A stretch of DNA of 64,000 bases from Gemmatimonadota bacterium (GTDB lineage: Bacteria > Gemmatimonadota > Gemmatimonadetes > Longimicrobiales > Gaopeijiaceae), in assembly GCA_034521595.1 (NCBI GenBank), contig JAXHMG010000003.1, forward strand, positions 2,688,001-2,752,000. The letters are read 5' to 3'. Below the pieces are notes generated by a model. It was not told the DNA's origin and did not search any database. It was given only the letters and a program-made list of their open reading frames with translations. Positions within the stretch are counted from its first letter, which is position 1. Each line of letters starts with the position of its first letter. Position numbers and translations under genes: made by a program. Below are positions 20,616-29,337 of this stretch, in pieces.

Positions 20616-21131
20616 TCAGCCTTCCTGTCGGATGAGATCGTCAAAGACCAGCTCGAGCTCCTCGAGCGCGATGTCGCCGTGAAGCGCATCGTACCGTGGG
20701 CCGGCCCACCGCAACGGCCATGCGCTGGTGATCTTCCAGGTGTACAGGGTCCGTCCCCCGGCACTTTCGAGATGCCCGATCACCACCTGCCGAATCGCGG
20801 GCTTACCGCTCAACGCTTCCCGCCGCCATTCGTAGAGGGTCCGGTCTCCGTCCAGCGCCCGGGTCAACAGGAGCCTGCCGGGACACGCCGGAGCGCTCCA
20901 CAGCACACGCTCCGGATCCCCCGGATCCTCTTTCCGGCTGAGCTCATCCACCTGCGAAGCGAGCTCGAGCCCGGAAACCCGCGTGCACGAAATCGGTATG
21001 CCGGCGATCTCGACCGTGAAATGGGCGGCCACGGTTACCGCGTCGTCCCCACCCCGCCATGGCAGCGGCGTGCGACCCCGCGGGTCCGAATGTGGCGGCT
21101 CGGGCCGGGGAGGCTCGTTCGGTAGCGTCAT
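20616..21131 (-). CDS. Second, divergent gp19-like tail tube protein
   Basis: HFTVEI, RVSGL, LLLTRAL, LYEWR, RQVVI, WKITSAWPLRWAGP..DA, IALEELEL. True start may be downstream of 21131. Confidence 0.8.
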   Translation of the reverse strand: MTLPNEPPRPEPPHSDPRGRTPLPWRGGDDAVTVAAHFTVEIAGIPISCTRVSGLELASQVDELSRKEDPGDPERVLWSAPACPGRLLLTRALDGDRTLYEWRREALSGKPAIRQVVIGHLESAGGRTLYTWKITSAWPLRWAGPRYDALHGDIALEELELVFDDLIRQEG

Positions 21132-21376
21132 TCGTCCAGCTCATTAATTGGGCGGCGGCGAGGGTGTCCGACGGTGCGGGTCGATGAATACAGGGTTTCC
21201 GTAAGCGTCTTCCGACATCATGCTCCACACACGAGTCTGCCGCCAGGCGCCAGCTGTTCACATCCACGTCGACGGGAACCGGGCATGGCCAACAAGCTAA
21301 CCAACCTACGAGATGTCCATGCCCGCGTGCAGCCGAGACCGCACGACCTCGACCGTGCGGTTTCGGGTCCCCGGTC

Positions 21377-22132
21377 GTGACGCCCCGGCCGGTGCGCACC
21401 ATCGACGACGTCATCAGCGACCTGGACGGAGTCGTGCGCACGTGCCACGAGCGGGGGAGTCGGGCGGGCTACTTCCCCGCGCTGTACAGGCGCGTCACGG
21501 TAGAAGTGCGTGACTGGATCCGTGAGGGACGTTTCGACGACGGAGCGCGCATGGAGCGCTTGGACGTCCTCTTCGCCGACCGATATCTCGAAGCGTGGCA
21601 ACAGCGGGAACGTGGAGAACCGACGAGCCGTTCATGGGGGGTCGCGTTCGACGCGACCGAGGCCTGGTGGCCCATCGTGCTCCAGCACCTCCTGCTCGGG
21701 ATCAACGCGCACATCAATCTGGATTTGGGGATCGCCGCGGCCCGCACGGCACCGGGGGCCGACATTCACGGTCTCGGCGACGATTTCCGTCGGATCAACA
21801 ACCTGCTCGCGTCCATGATCGATGACGTCCAGAAGCGTCTAGCCGACGTTTGGCCATTGTTGCGGCTCCTCGACTGGCTCGGGGGCGACGCCGACGAGGC
21901 CACGATCCACTTCAGCATCGAGCGGGCCCGGGAAGCGGCATGGGCCCTCGCGGTTCGGCTTTCGGCGCTTCCGGAGGCGGCGTGGGCGCACGAGATCCAG
22001 ACCACCGACCGGCTCGTGGCGACGCTCGGACGGGTCGTGCGTCACCCCGGCCCGGGGCTGGGCACCGTGCTCCGGGGTGTCCGCCTCGGCGAGCTCCGCT
22101 CCCCCGAGGGGGTCATCGAGCTCCTTTCCTGA
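21377..22132 (+). CDS. DUF5995 family protein
   Basis: GYFPALYRRVT, RFDDGARMERLDVLFADRY, QHLLLGINAHINLDLGIAA. Confidence 0.85.
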   Translation: MTPRPVRTIDDVISDLDGVVRTCHERGSRAGYFPALYRRVTVEVRDWIREGRFDDGARMERLDVLFADRYLEAWQQRERGEPTSRSWGVAFDATEAWWPIVLQHLLLGINAHINLDLGIAAARTAPGADIHGLGDDFRRINNLLASMIDDVQKRLADVWPLLRLLDWLGGDADEATIHFSIERAREAAWALAVRLSALPEAAWAHEIQTTDRLVATLGRVVRHPGPGLGTVLRGVRLGELRSPEGVIELLS

Positions 22133-22231
22133 GGAGACGGTCCCAGCGTACCCTCCCTGCACGCACTCACCCGTCGAGGAGTCATCCCCCCGGTGTGTAC
22201 CCAACACCGGCGACTCTGCGTGTTCGCATCG

Positions 22232-23476
22232 TCAGTGGCCCAAGGCGATCCGGATCTCGTCGACCACGGTCGCTTCCGATTCCGCTTCCAGCCCGTCGGA
22301 CAGCGCGGCCAGAGCGTCCGGTGTCCCGATCTCGCCGAGGGCCCAGGCCGCGTGTTCCCGCGCGAGCGGGGCAGGGTCGGACAGCGCCGCGGTCAGCACG
22401 GGGATCGCCTCCGGCGAGCCCCAGTTCCCCAACGCAACGCAGACGTTGCGCGCGAACCCAGCCCGCCCCGCCCGGCGTATCGCCGAGGCCCGGGAGAACG
22501 ACTCCCACGCGCGCTCATCCAGGGCCGTCTCCAACAAGTCGACGAGCGGGGACGCGAGCGTGCCGGGGTGGGGCTCCGGCGGGCTCTCGGCAGTCGCCTC
22601 CACGCCCGGCGGCCGCTCGCCCGGACCCCGCGCCGCGTATCGGCCCTCCGGGTCGGGCGCGGCAAAGCGCCGGTTCCACGGACACACCTCCTGACATATG
22701 TCACACCCGAAGACACGGTTCCCGATAGCGGGCCGTAGCTCCCGGGGGATGGAACCCTGCAGCTCGATGGTCAGATACGAGATGCAGCGCCGGGCGTCCA
22801 TGACCGGAGCACCGTCTTCGTCACGGCCGAGCAACGCGCTCGTCGGGCAAGCGTCGAGGCAGGCCCGGCAGGTGCCACAGTGATCTTCGGTGAAGGCCTC
22901 GTCGGGAGGGAGGGGGATTTCGAGCAGGAGCGCCCCCAGGAAAAAGTACGAGCCGCGGCGGGGATGGATGAGCATCGTGTTCCGCCCGAACCACCCGAGG
23001 CCCGCCCGGCGGGCCAGCTCTCGCTCCAGGACGGGACCCGTGTCGACGTACACGCGCCCCGGCCTGTCCTCGCGCCGGAGACGTTCGGCGAGCCACCGCT
23101 GCAGCCGCTGGAGCTTCCGCCGCACGACGCGGTGGTAATCCGCCCCACGCGCATACCGGGCGACGACGCCGATCGCGGGATCGTCGGGTACACCGGGTGG
23201 GTCGTCAGGGAGATAGGCGTCCGCGACGACGAGCACCGATCGCACGCCGGGGAGCGACGCATGCAGAGCCTCCCGCCGGGCGATGGCGTCGGGCCGGGCA
23301 AGGTAGTCCATCGTGCCATGGTGGCCCCGCTCCAGCCAGCGCCGGTAGAAGGCCCCGTGCTCGCTGTCCTTGGCCTCCGCGATACCGGCGCGGTCGAAGC
23401 CCACCCGAACGGCTTCGGCCTTGAGGTCTTCGGCGAGCCCGGCGTCGCCGGAACGCTCCGGATCCCACGCGCTCAC
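22232..23476 (-). CDS. queG: tRNA epoxyqueuosine(34) reductase
   Basis: ARYARGADYH, VDTGPVLER, AGLGWFGRN, HCGTCRACLDACPT, RCISYLTIE, FGCDICQEVCPWN, C-terminal HEAT repeat. GTGA overlap with the upstream stop. Confidence 0.95.
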   Translation of the reverse strand: MSAWDPERSGDAGLAEDLKAEAVRVGFDRAGIAEAKDSEHGAFYRRWLERGHHGTMDYLARPDAIARREALHASLPGVRSVLVVADAYLPDDPPGVPDDPAIGVVARYARGADYHRVVRRKLQRLQRWLAERLRREDRPGRVYVDTGPVLERELARRAGLGWFGRNTMLIHPRRGSYFFLGALLLEIPLPPDEAFTEDHCGTCRACLDACPTSALLGRDEDGAPVMDARRCISYLTIELQGSIPRELRPAIGNRVFGCDICQEVCPWNRRFAAPDPEGRYAARGPGERPPGVEATAESPPEPHPGTLASPLVDLLETALDERAWESFSRASAIRRAGRAGFARNVCVALGNWGSPEAIPVLTAALSDPAPLAREHAAWALGEIGTPDALAALSDGLEAESEATVVDEIRIALGH

Positions 23477-24711
23477 CGTCGATCTCCGGCTGCCGGCACG
23501 CGGTAGGCGCGCCCTTTCCAGCGCACGTTCCGCCCGCGCACCCAGGAGCGCAGGAAGATGTAGCTGGTGAGCACCGCACCGAGGGGATAGAGCAGGCCGT
23601 ACCGCGCCCCAGCGCCCATCCGCAGGGAGAAGTACCCGAACTGGGCCACGCTGGCGGAAACAGCCAAGGCCGCCCACGTGAGCGATACGGTGGGCTCGAG
23701 ACCGCCGAGTAGCAGGGGCCGGCCCGTGAGCACCTCCGTGCCTGCCAGAAGAAGCACGGCGGGAGGCACGAGCCAGAGGAGCGCCCCCAGCACCAATGCG
23801 ACCGGCGGAACGAGGGGACGCGCCCACCGGGGGAAGCTCTGTTGTCCCCCGAGGACGAGGTTCTTCGACCAACCGTCGATGAGCTCCCGGAGCGATCGGT
23901 ACATGCGCGTCTCCAACGCGTCTTCCGCCCCCCGGACCCGGAGCCGCATGCCGGCCCGCTTTACGTGCTGCGCCAGAGCCAGGTCCTCCACGACCTCGTC
24001 CCGGACGACCTCGTGCCCTCCCACACGCGCATACGCCTCCCTCGGCATCATGATGAACTGCCCGTTCGCGATCGCGTCCCGCCACCGGTCGTTCGCCACG
24101 GTGCGCTCGAAGTCCGGGAAACGGAAGAGCATGCCCAGAAACACGTGGGGTTGGAGGAGGCGCTCCCAGAAGGTGTCCATCCGTTGCCGTCCGACGAGGG
24201 TGAGCAGGTCGGCGCGCTCCTGCCGCAGACCCGTGAGAGCTCTTTCGAGCAAACGAGGTCCGTGCACCGTATCCGCGTCGGTGAAAAGAAGGACCTCACC
24301 CCGCGCGGCCCTCGCGCCTTGATGGCACGCCCAGGGCTTTCCGAGCCAGCCCTCGGGAAGGGTCGCTCCTTCGACGACGGTCAATCGGTGGGCAGCTCCG
24401 GCGGCGGTCGCCCGCGCGACCTCTCCCGTACCGTCTTCGCTACGATCGTCGACCACCACGACCTCGAAATTCGGATATCGGGACGCCGTGAGCGAGGCGA
24501 GACACGCCCGGATGTTGTGCGCCTCGTTCCGGGCGGGAACGACAACGGTGACCAAAGGCCAATACGGCTCGTCCGGTCGTTCGTGCTCCCCGCGGACGAT
24601 CGGGCGCTCTCCCTCGCCCGCCACGGGAAGCGAAGACGGAAAGCGGACCCCGAACCGGACGAACGCCAGGCAGGCCAACCAGGGCAACGCCAGGGCCAAC
24701 GCGACGATCAT
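23473..24711 (-). CDS. Membrane glycosyltransferase family 2 (HpnB/CrtQ-like)
   Basis: VPARNE, VDDRSEDGT, GWLGKPWAC, FTDAD, ANGQF, EDLALA, RMY..GWSKN; C-terminal TM segments and WKGR. Confidence 0.9.
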   Translation of the reverse strand: MIVALALALPWLACLAFVRFGVRFPSSLPVAGEGERPIVRGEHERPDEPYWPLVTVVVPARNEAHNIRACLASLTASRYPNFEVVVVDDRSEDGTGEVARATAAGAAHRLTVVEGATLPEGWLGKPWACHQGARAARGEVLLFTDADTVHGPRLLERALTGLRQERADLLTLVGRQRMDTFWERLLQPHVFLGMLFRFPDFERTVANDRWRDAIANGQFIMMPREAYARVGGHEVVRDEVVEDLALAQHVKRAGMRLRVRGAEDALETRMYRSLRELIDGWSKNLVLGGQQSFPRWARPLVPPVALVLGALLWLVPPAVLLLAGTEVLTGRPLLLGGLEPTVSLTWAALAVSASVAQFGYFSLRMGAGARYGLLYPLGAVLTSYIFLRSWVRGRNVRWKGRAYRVPAAGDRR

Positions 24712-25067
24712 TCCGGCCCGCTGTCACGGCCCGACTGCGAATCCCCGTCGATCTTCGGTGTCCACCGATCCGAGTCGCGCTCACGGTATTTCTCCAGCAC
24801 CTGCTCCAGCGACTCTCCGAGATCGATGTCCTGTTGGTTCGCCATCGCGAGGAGCACGAACAGCACGTCGGCCATCTCGAGCGCCAAGTCCTGCTCGGCC
24901 TCCTCGTCCTTCTTGATCTTGTGCCCGAATCGGTGGTTCATCTCCCGTGCGAGCTCACCCACCTCTTCGATGAGGCGGGCCAGGTTCGTGAGGGGCGGCC
25001 AGTAACCTTCCTCGAACCGGGAGATCCAGGCGTCGACCCGGGCCTGGGCTTCGGAGAGCTCCATCAC
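24708..25067 (-). CDS. MazG-like nucleotide pyrophosphohydrolase (YpjD-like)
   Basis: GYWPPLTNLARLIEEVGELARE, EMADVLF, KYRERD. Confidence 0.9.
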   Translation of the reverse strand: MMELSEAQARVDAWISRFEEGYWPPLTNLARLIEEVGELAREMNHRFGHKIKKDEEAEQDLALEMADVLFVLLAMANQQDIDLGESLEQVLEKYRERDSDRWTPKIDGDSQSGRDSGPE

Positions 25068-26107
25068 GGCTCCAAAACGATCTTGCCGAACACGCCGCCG
25101 CCTTCGAGCAGCTCGTGAGCGCGGCGCGCTTCCGCAAGCGGCAGGGTCTCGTGAATGACGGGCTGTAGAGCTCCCGAGAAGACCATCCGCATGACCCGCC
25201 GGAACTCGCCCGGCGTGCCCATCGTGCTCCCAAGAATAGAAAGTTGTTTCCAGAATATCAATCTAATATCCGAGACCCCCTTAGGACCCGTGGTGGCACC
25301 CGACGTCACGAGACGGCCACCCACGGCCAGAGACCGGAGACATTGCTCCCAGACGGCCTCTCCGGCCGTGTCGTAGACGAGGTGAACGCCACGCTTTCCG
25401 GTCTCCCGCCAAACCTCGCGCGAAAAGTCCACGTCGGTGCGATCGTATACCCGGTGGGCTCCCATCGCTTCGATGCGCTCGACGTTCTCGGTGCCGCTCG
25501 TCACCGCGTAGACCTCTGCGCCCGCCGCTACGGCGATGGACACCGAAGCCGTCCCGACCCCCCCGGACGCCCCCGTGACCAACACCCGCTCGCCAGCGCG
25601 CAGCGCCCCCCTCGTGATGAGGGCGCGCCAAGCGGTGACGAAGGACAGTCCCGCCGCGGCCGCCTTCGCCGACGGCACGCCCTCGGGAATCTCGAGGAGG
25701 TTGGCGGCGGGAACGACCACATACTCCGCAAAGCCGCCCTGCGTGTGCTCTCCCAGAATATGAAAAGCAGATTCTAGAATCGACTCTCCACGATCCTCGG
25801 CCTCGTACCACTGGTATCCGACCGACGGATCGACGACCACACGCGTTCCCAGGGGCACCCCTTCGACGCCCGCGCCGACGGACTCCACCGTCCCCACGAT
25901 GTCCGATCCCCCGATGTGGGGCATCGGCGTCTCGATGGGCAGCCCCCTCCGCACCCACAGATCCAGATGGTTCATGGCCGCCGCCTCGACCTGAAGCCGA
26001 ACCTCGCCCGGCGCCGGATCGGGGACTGCGACGTCGTCACGGACCTTCACGACCTCCGGTCCACCGAACTCTGAAAAAACGGCGGCACGCATCGTCTGGG
26101 GCATCAT
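25064..26107 (-). CDS. Zinc-binding-fold alcohol dehydrogenase / quinone oxidoreductase (MDR family)
   Basis: GGPEV, NHLDLWVRRG, PHIGGSD, GGFAEY, GASGGVG, SGATTG, GSTMG, FGKIVL. Confidence 0.9.
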   Translation of the reverse strand: MMPQTMRAAVFSEFGGPEVVKVRDDVAVPDPAPGEVRLQVEAAAMNHLDLWVRRGLPIETPMPHIGGSDIVGTVESVGAGVEGVPLGTRVVVDPSVGYQWYEAEDRGESILESAFHILGEHTQGGFAEYVVVPAANLLEIPEGVPSAKAAAAGLSFVTAWRALITRGALRAGERVLVTGASGGVGTASVSIAVAAGAEVYAVTSGTENVERIEAMGAHRVYDRTDVDFSREVWRETGKRGVHLVYDTAGEAVWEQCLRSLAVGGRLVTSGATTGPKGVSDIRLIFWKQLSILGSTMGTPGEFRRVMRMVFSGALQPVIHETLPLAEARRAHELLEGGGVFGKIVLEP

Positions 26108-26244
26108 TCCTGACCTGTGGGAGTGGGTGCAACGAGCCTGACCCCGGAGCGCGGGGACCGCGACCCATCTCGAGCCTCCGCGGTCGCGCTCCTCGAAGTG
26201 TAGTGCACTGTACCCCGGCGCCGGTAGGCGCGAAAATGTATCCC

Positions 26245-26610
26245 ATGAGCAACGACGGAGCCGACTCACCGGAACCGACACCCGAATACCTCGACGACTC
26301 GACCCTCGGAGGGTACTTCGAGACACACGATCGCCCACCCGCCTTCGAGGGGTCCGACGGTCTCCCGTACACCGTCTCGATCGAGATCGAACGAACCGGC
26401 GATCTCCGGCTGCCGTACTGCGGGTACCTGGTCTTTCCCCGATGGGCGGAGACGGGGGTAGGCATCATTGGACACGTGGAAACCGAGACCCTGAGCGAGG
26501 GGCGAAGCGAGGGCGATGTTCGGACAACCCTCGACGCGCTCACGCTTTACGACGTGCAGGATCTCCTCGAACGAGCCATCGCCGCGCGAGAGAGTGACGT
26601 CGATGACTGA
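26245..26610 (+). CDS. Hypothetical acidic protein
   Basis: Typical high-GC codon usage; TLGGY..HDRPPAFEGSDG.PYTV, GYLVFPRW; overlaps the queE start. Confidence 0.7.
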   Translation: MSNDGADSPEPTPEYLDDSTLGGYFETHDRPPAFEGSDGLPYTVSIEIERTGDLRLPYCGYLVFPRWAETGVGIIGHVETETLSEGRSEGDVRTTLDALTLYDVQDLLERAIAARESDVDD

Positions 26611-27268
26611 ATTCCTGCGGATCACCGAGATCTTTCATTCGATCCAAGGTGAGTCGACCTGGGCGGGGCTTCCGTGCACCTTCGTGCGCCTCACCGGGTG
26701 TCCGCTCCGCTGCTCATGGTGCGATACCGAGTACGCATTCCACGGTGGTGAGCGTCGTACGTTCGCATCGGTGCTCGAAGAGGTGGCCAAACACCCCACC
26801 TCGCTCGTCGAGATCACCGGAGGGGAGCCCCTCGCGCACCCGGGCTCCTTCCGGCTCGCCGAGGCCCTGCTGGCGCAAGGGTACACGGTCCTCGTCGAGA
26901 CATCGGGCGCGTTCGACGTCTCCGCTCTCGATCCTCGGGTCCACAAGATCATGGACCTCAAGTGTCCCGGCTCGGGGGAATCATCCCGAAACCTGTGGTC
27001 GAACCTGGAGCACCTCACGGGCCGAGACGAGATCAAGTTCGTGGTCTCCGACCGCGCGGACTACGAGTGGGCGCGATCCACCATCCGGGAGCGAGGCCTG
27101 GACGCTCGCGTCCATGAAGGACAATTGCGGGCTCTGCTGATCTCCCCCGTGTGGGACGCCGTCGACCTCGAAGGCTTGGCCGGATGGATCCTGGAGGACG
27201 GTCTTCCCGTCCGCTTCCAACTACAACTCCACAAGCTCATCTGGGGCGCCGACCGCATCGGAGTCTGA
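26603..27268 (+). CDS. queE: 7-carboxy-7-deazaguanine synthase (radical SAM)
   Basis: EIFHSIQGES, FVRLTGCPLRCSWCDT (CxxxCxxC), TGGEPL, VETSG, MDLKCPGSG, QLHKLIW. Confidence 0.92.
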   Translation: MTEFLRITEIFHSIQGESTWAGLPCTFVRLTGCPLRCSWCDTEYAFHGGERRTFASVLEEVAKHPTSLVEITGGEPLAHPGSFRLAEALLAQGYTVLVETSGAFDVSALDPRVHKIMDLKCPGSGESSRNLWSNLEHLTGRDEIKFVVSDRADYEWARSTIRERGLDARVHEGQLRALLISPVWDAVDLEGLAGWILEDGLPVRFQLQLHKLIWGADRIGV

Positions 27269-27273
27269 CCTTC

Positions 27274-27900
27274 GTGTCACAGGGTCCTCTCGAAACCGAC
27301 CCCCGCTTCTGGGTGCTCAGCGAAGCCCTCGCCTCGTACGCCGGGGACGACGACGACCCGCTCCTTTTCGACGAGGCGTACCTCCAGGCCGCGGTGGCTC
27401 TCGTCCTCCGCGCGCGCACCGACCTCGAGGTGCTGCTGATCAAGCGAGCCCAGTCCGAGCGCGACCCCTGGTCGGGACACATGGCGCTCCCCGGAGGGCG
27501 CCGCGACGACGACGACGACGACCTGCTCACGACCGCCGTCCGTGAAACCATGGAAGAGACCGCTGTCGATCTCGACCGAAACGGACGGATCCTCGGGCGA
27601 CTCGACGTCGTCGCACCCTCGAGTCCGCGCCTACCCAAGCTCACCATATCGCCGTTCGTGTTCGGAGTCCGAGCCGACGTGCCCGCTCACGTGGCCAGCC
27701 ACGAGATCGAGCAGGTGTACTGGGTTTCGGTAGATGAATTGCGGGATCCGGCCACGCACACGACGATAGAGATTTCCCTCCCCGGCGGCACTCGTCCCTT
27801 CCCGTGCTACGCAGTAGCCGGAGAGATCGTCTGGGGACTCACCCACCGCATCCTCCGCCAGTTCCTCCGCGTCTCCCCCGAGCTCGACCTCAACCCCTAG
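27274..27900 (+). CDS. Nudix hydrolase, CoA pyrophosphatase type
   Basis: LLIKRA, DPWSGHMALPGG, TAVRETMEE, VWGLT. Confidence 0.9.
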   Translation: MSQGPLETDPRFWVLSEALASYAGDDDDPLLFDEAYLQAAVALVLRARTDLEVLLIKRAQSERDPWSGHMALPGGRRDDDDDDLLTTAVRETMEETAVDLDRNGRILGRLDVVAPSSPRLPKLTISPFVFGVRADVPAHVASHEIEQVYWVSVDELRDPATHTTIEISLPGGTRPFPCYAVAGEIVWGLTHRILRQFLRVSPELDLNP

Positions 27901-27912
27901 CACCCCCCACCC

Positions 27913-28207
27913 CACCGTGACGGTGGAGGCCTCGGAGCCATGGTCTCTGGCGAGCGAGGGCTTGGATGCAACGCATCCGAGCGAAGCGGCCTAGCCTCCT
28001 TACCGTGACGGTGGATGGCCTCGGGGCCGCAGCCTCGACCGAGCGAGGGCTTGGATGCCCACATCCAAGCGAAGCGGCCCCTGCTCCCCCCACCGTGACG
28101 GTGGAGGCCTCGGGGCCAAGACCTCTGACGAGCGAGGGCTTGGATGCGAAGCATCCGAGCGAAGCGGCCCGAGTCCGGCAGAGGTCTTGGCCCCGAGGCC
28201 CCCCACC
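27913..28207. repeat. Three tandem ~89-nt hairpin-rich REP/BIME-like repeats plus an inverted partial copy
   Basis: Units start at 27913, 28001 and 28091 with (C/T)ACCGTGACGGTGG..GGCCTCGG, then CGAGCGAGGGCTTGGATG..CATCC(G/A)AGCGAAGCGGCC. 28106-28127 and 28179-28200 form a perfect 22-bp inverted repeat. Confidence 0.9.
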
Positions 28208-28209
28208 AC

Positions 28210-29301
28210 TCACTCCTCCACCCACTCCGCCAAGAACAGATTCGTCTCGTTCGGCTCGTCGTTGAACCGATTCGATCCGAACACGAGGTATTGGCCGTCC
28301 GGGCTGAATACCGGGAATCCGTCGAACTCTTCGGAGTAGGTCACCCGGGTCAGGTCGGTGCCGTCCAGATCGATCATGTAGATCTCGAACTCCCGCCCCG
28401 ACGGATCCTCGTGATTCGAGCTGAAGAGCACCTTTTCGCCGGACGGATGCCAGTACGGTGCGAAGTTCGCACCGCCGAGGTCCGTCACCTGCCGCTTGTT
28501 CGATCCGTCCGCGTCCATCACCCAGACCTCGAGGTTCCCGGGACGGATGAGCCCCTCGTCGAGGAGCCGCAGGTATTCCTCGGTCTCCGCACCTTCTTCG
28601 GGATAGTGCGCGCGCCAGATGATCTGGGACCCGTCCGGCGAATAGAACGCGCCGCCGTCGTAGCCGACCCGGTCGGTCAGTCGTTGGACGTCCGAGCCGT
28701 CGAGGTTCATGGAGTACAACTCGAGGTCCCCGTCTCGCACGCTGGTGAACACGACACGGTCCCCGACCGGTGACACGGTCGCTTCGGCGTCGTAGCCCGG
28801 TGTGTCGGTGAGTCGCCGTACGTCGGATCCGTCGACGTTCGCGGAAAAGATGTCGTACGTATCGTAGATCGGCCACACGTATCCCCGCGACATGTCGGGC
28901 TCCGCGGGGCACGAAGCGTCGTGGTGATGGGTAGAGGAGTACAAGATCCGCTCGCCGTCGGGGTAGAAGTACGAACACGTCGTGCGCCCCTCCCCGGTGC
29001 TGACCTCGGTCGACTCAAGCGTCTCCAGGTCGAGGAGGAAGATCTGGTCGCACTCCATACCGGGCTTCGTCGCTTGGTAGACCAGGGCCGAGCCGTCAAA
29101 GGCCCAATACGCCTCGGCGTTTTCGCCTCCGGAGGTCAGTTGTCGGAGATTTCTGAAGTGGTCCTCGCCCGGCATGGTCAGCGACTCGGGATCACCCCCG
29201 TCCCCACCGTCAGCGGCCGGCTCTCCCTCCGACCCGCACGAGGAGATAAAAAGGGCCACGACGAGTGCCATGCTCATCCATGCGAACGATCGCTGTCTCA
29301 C
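28210..29301 (-). CDS. TolB-like PD40-repeat beta-propeller lipoprotein
   Basis: Lipobox FISSC; RQLTSGGENAEAYW, GRTTCSYFYP, GYDAEATVSP, GYDGGAFYSPDG, ANFAPYWHP, FDGFPVFSPDG. GTG 29301 follows GGGAGAAG. Confidence 0.88.
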   Translation of the reverse strand: MRQRSFAWMSMALVVALFISSCGSEGEPAADGGDGGDPESLTMPGEDHFRNLRQLTSGGENAEAYWAFDGSALVYQATKPGMECDQIFLLDLETLESTEVSTGEGRTTCSYFYPDGERILYSSTHHHDASCPAEPDMSRGYVWPIYDTYDIFSANVDGSDVRRLTDTPGYDAEATVSPVGDRVVFTSVRDGDLELYSMNLDGSDVQRLTDRVGYDGGAFYSPDGSQIIWRAHYPEEGAETEEYLRLLDEGLIRPGNLEVWVMDADGSNKRQVTDLGGANFAPYWHPSGEKVLFSSNHEDPSGREFEIYMIDLDGTDLTRVTYSEEFDGFPVFSPDGQYLVFGSNRFNDEPNETNLFLAEWVEE

Positions 29302-29337
29302 GACTCTTCTCCCTTGAGGCGATTGTTCCCGAAAACC

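Noticed and set aside
20165-21131. Prophage or complete eCIS/T6SS
   Set aside because: No integrase, capsid, terminase, sheath, baseplate or spike genes were recognised in the window.
27913-28207. CRISPR array interpretation of the triple repeat
   Set aside because: Conserved blocks are long, variable parts are only about 10 nt, the last variable part is base-paired by an inverted copy, and no cas genes are present.
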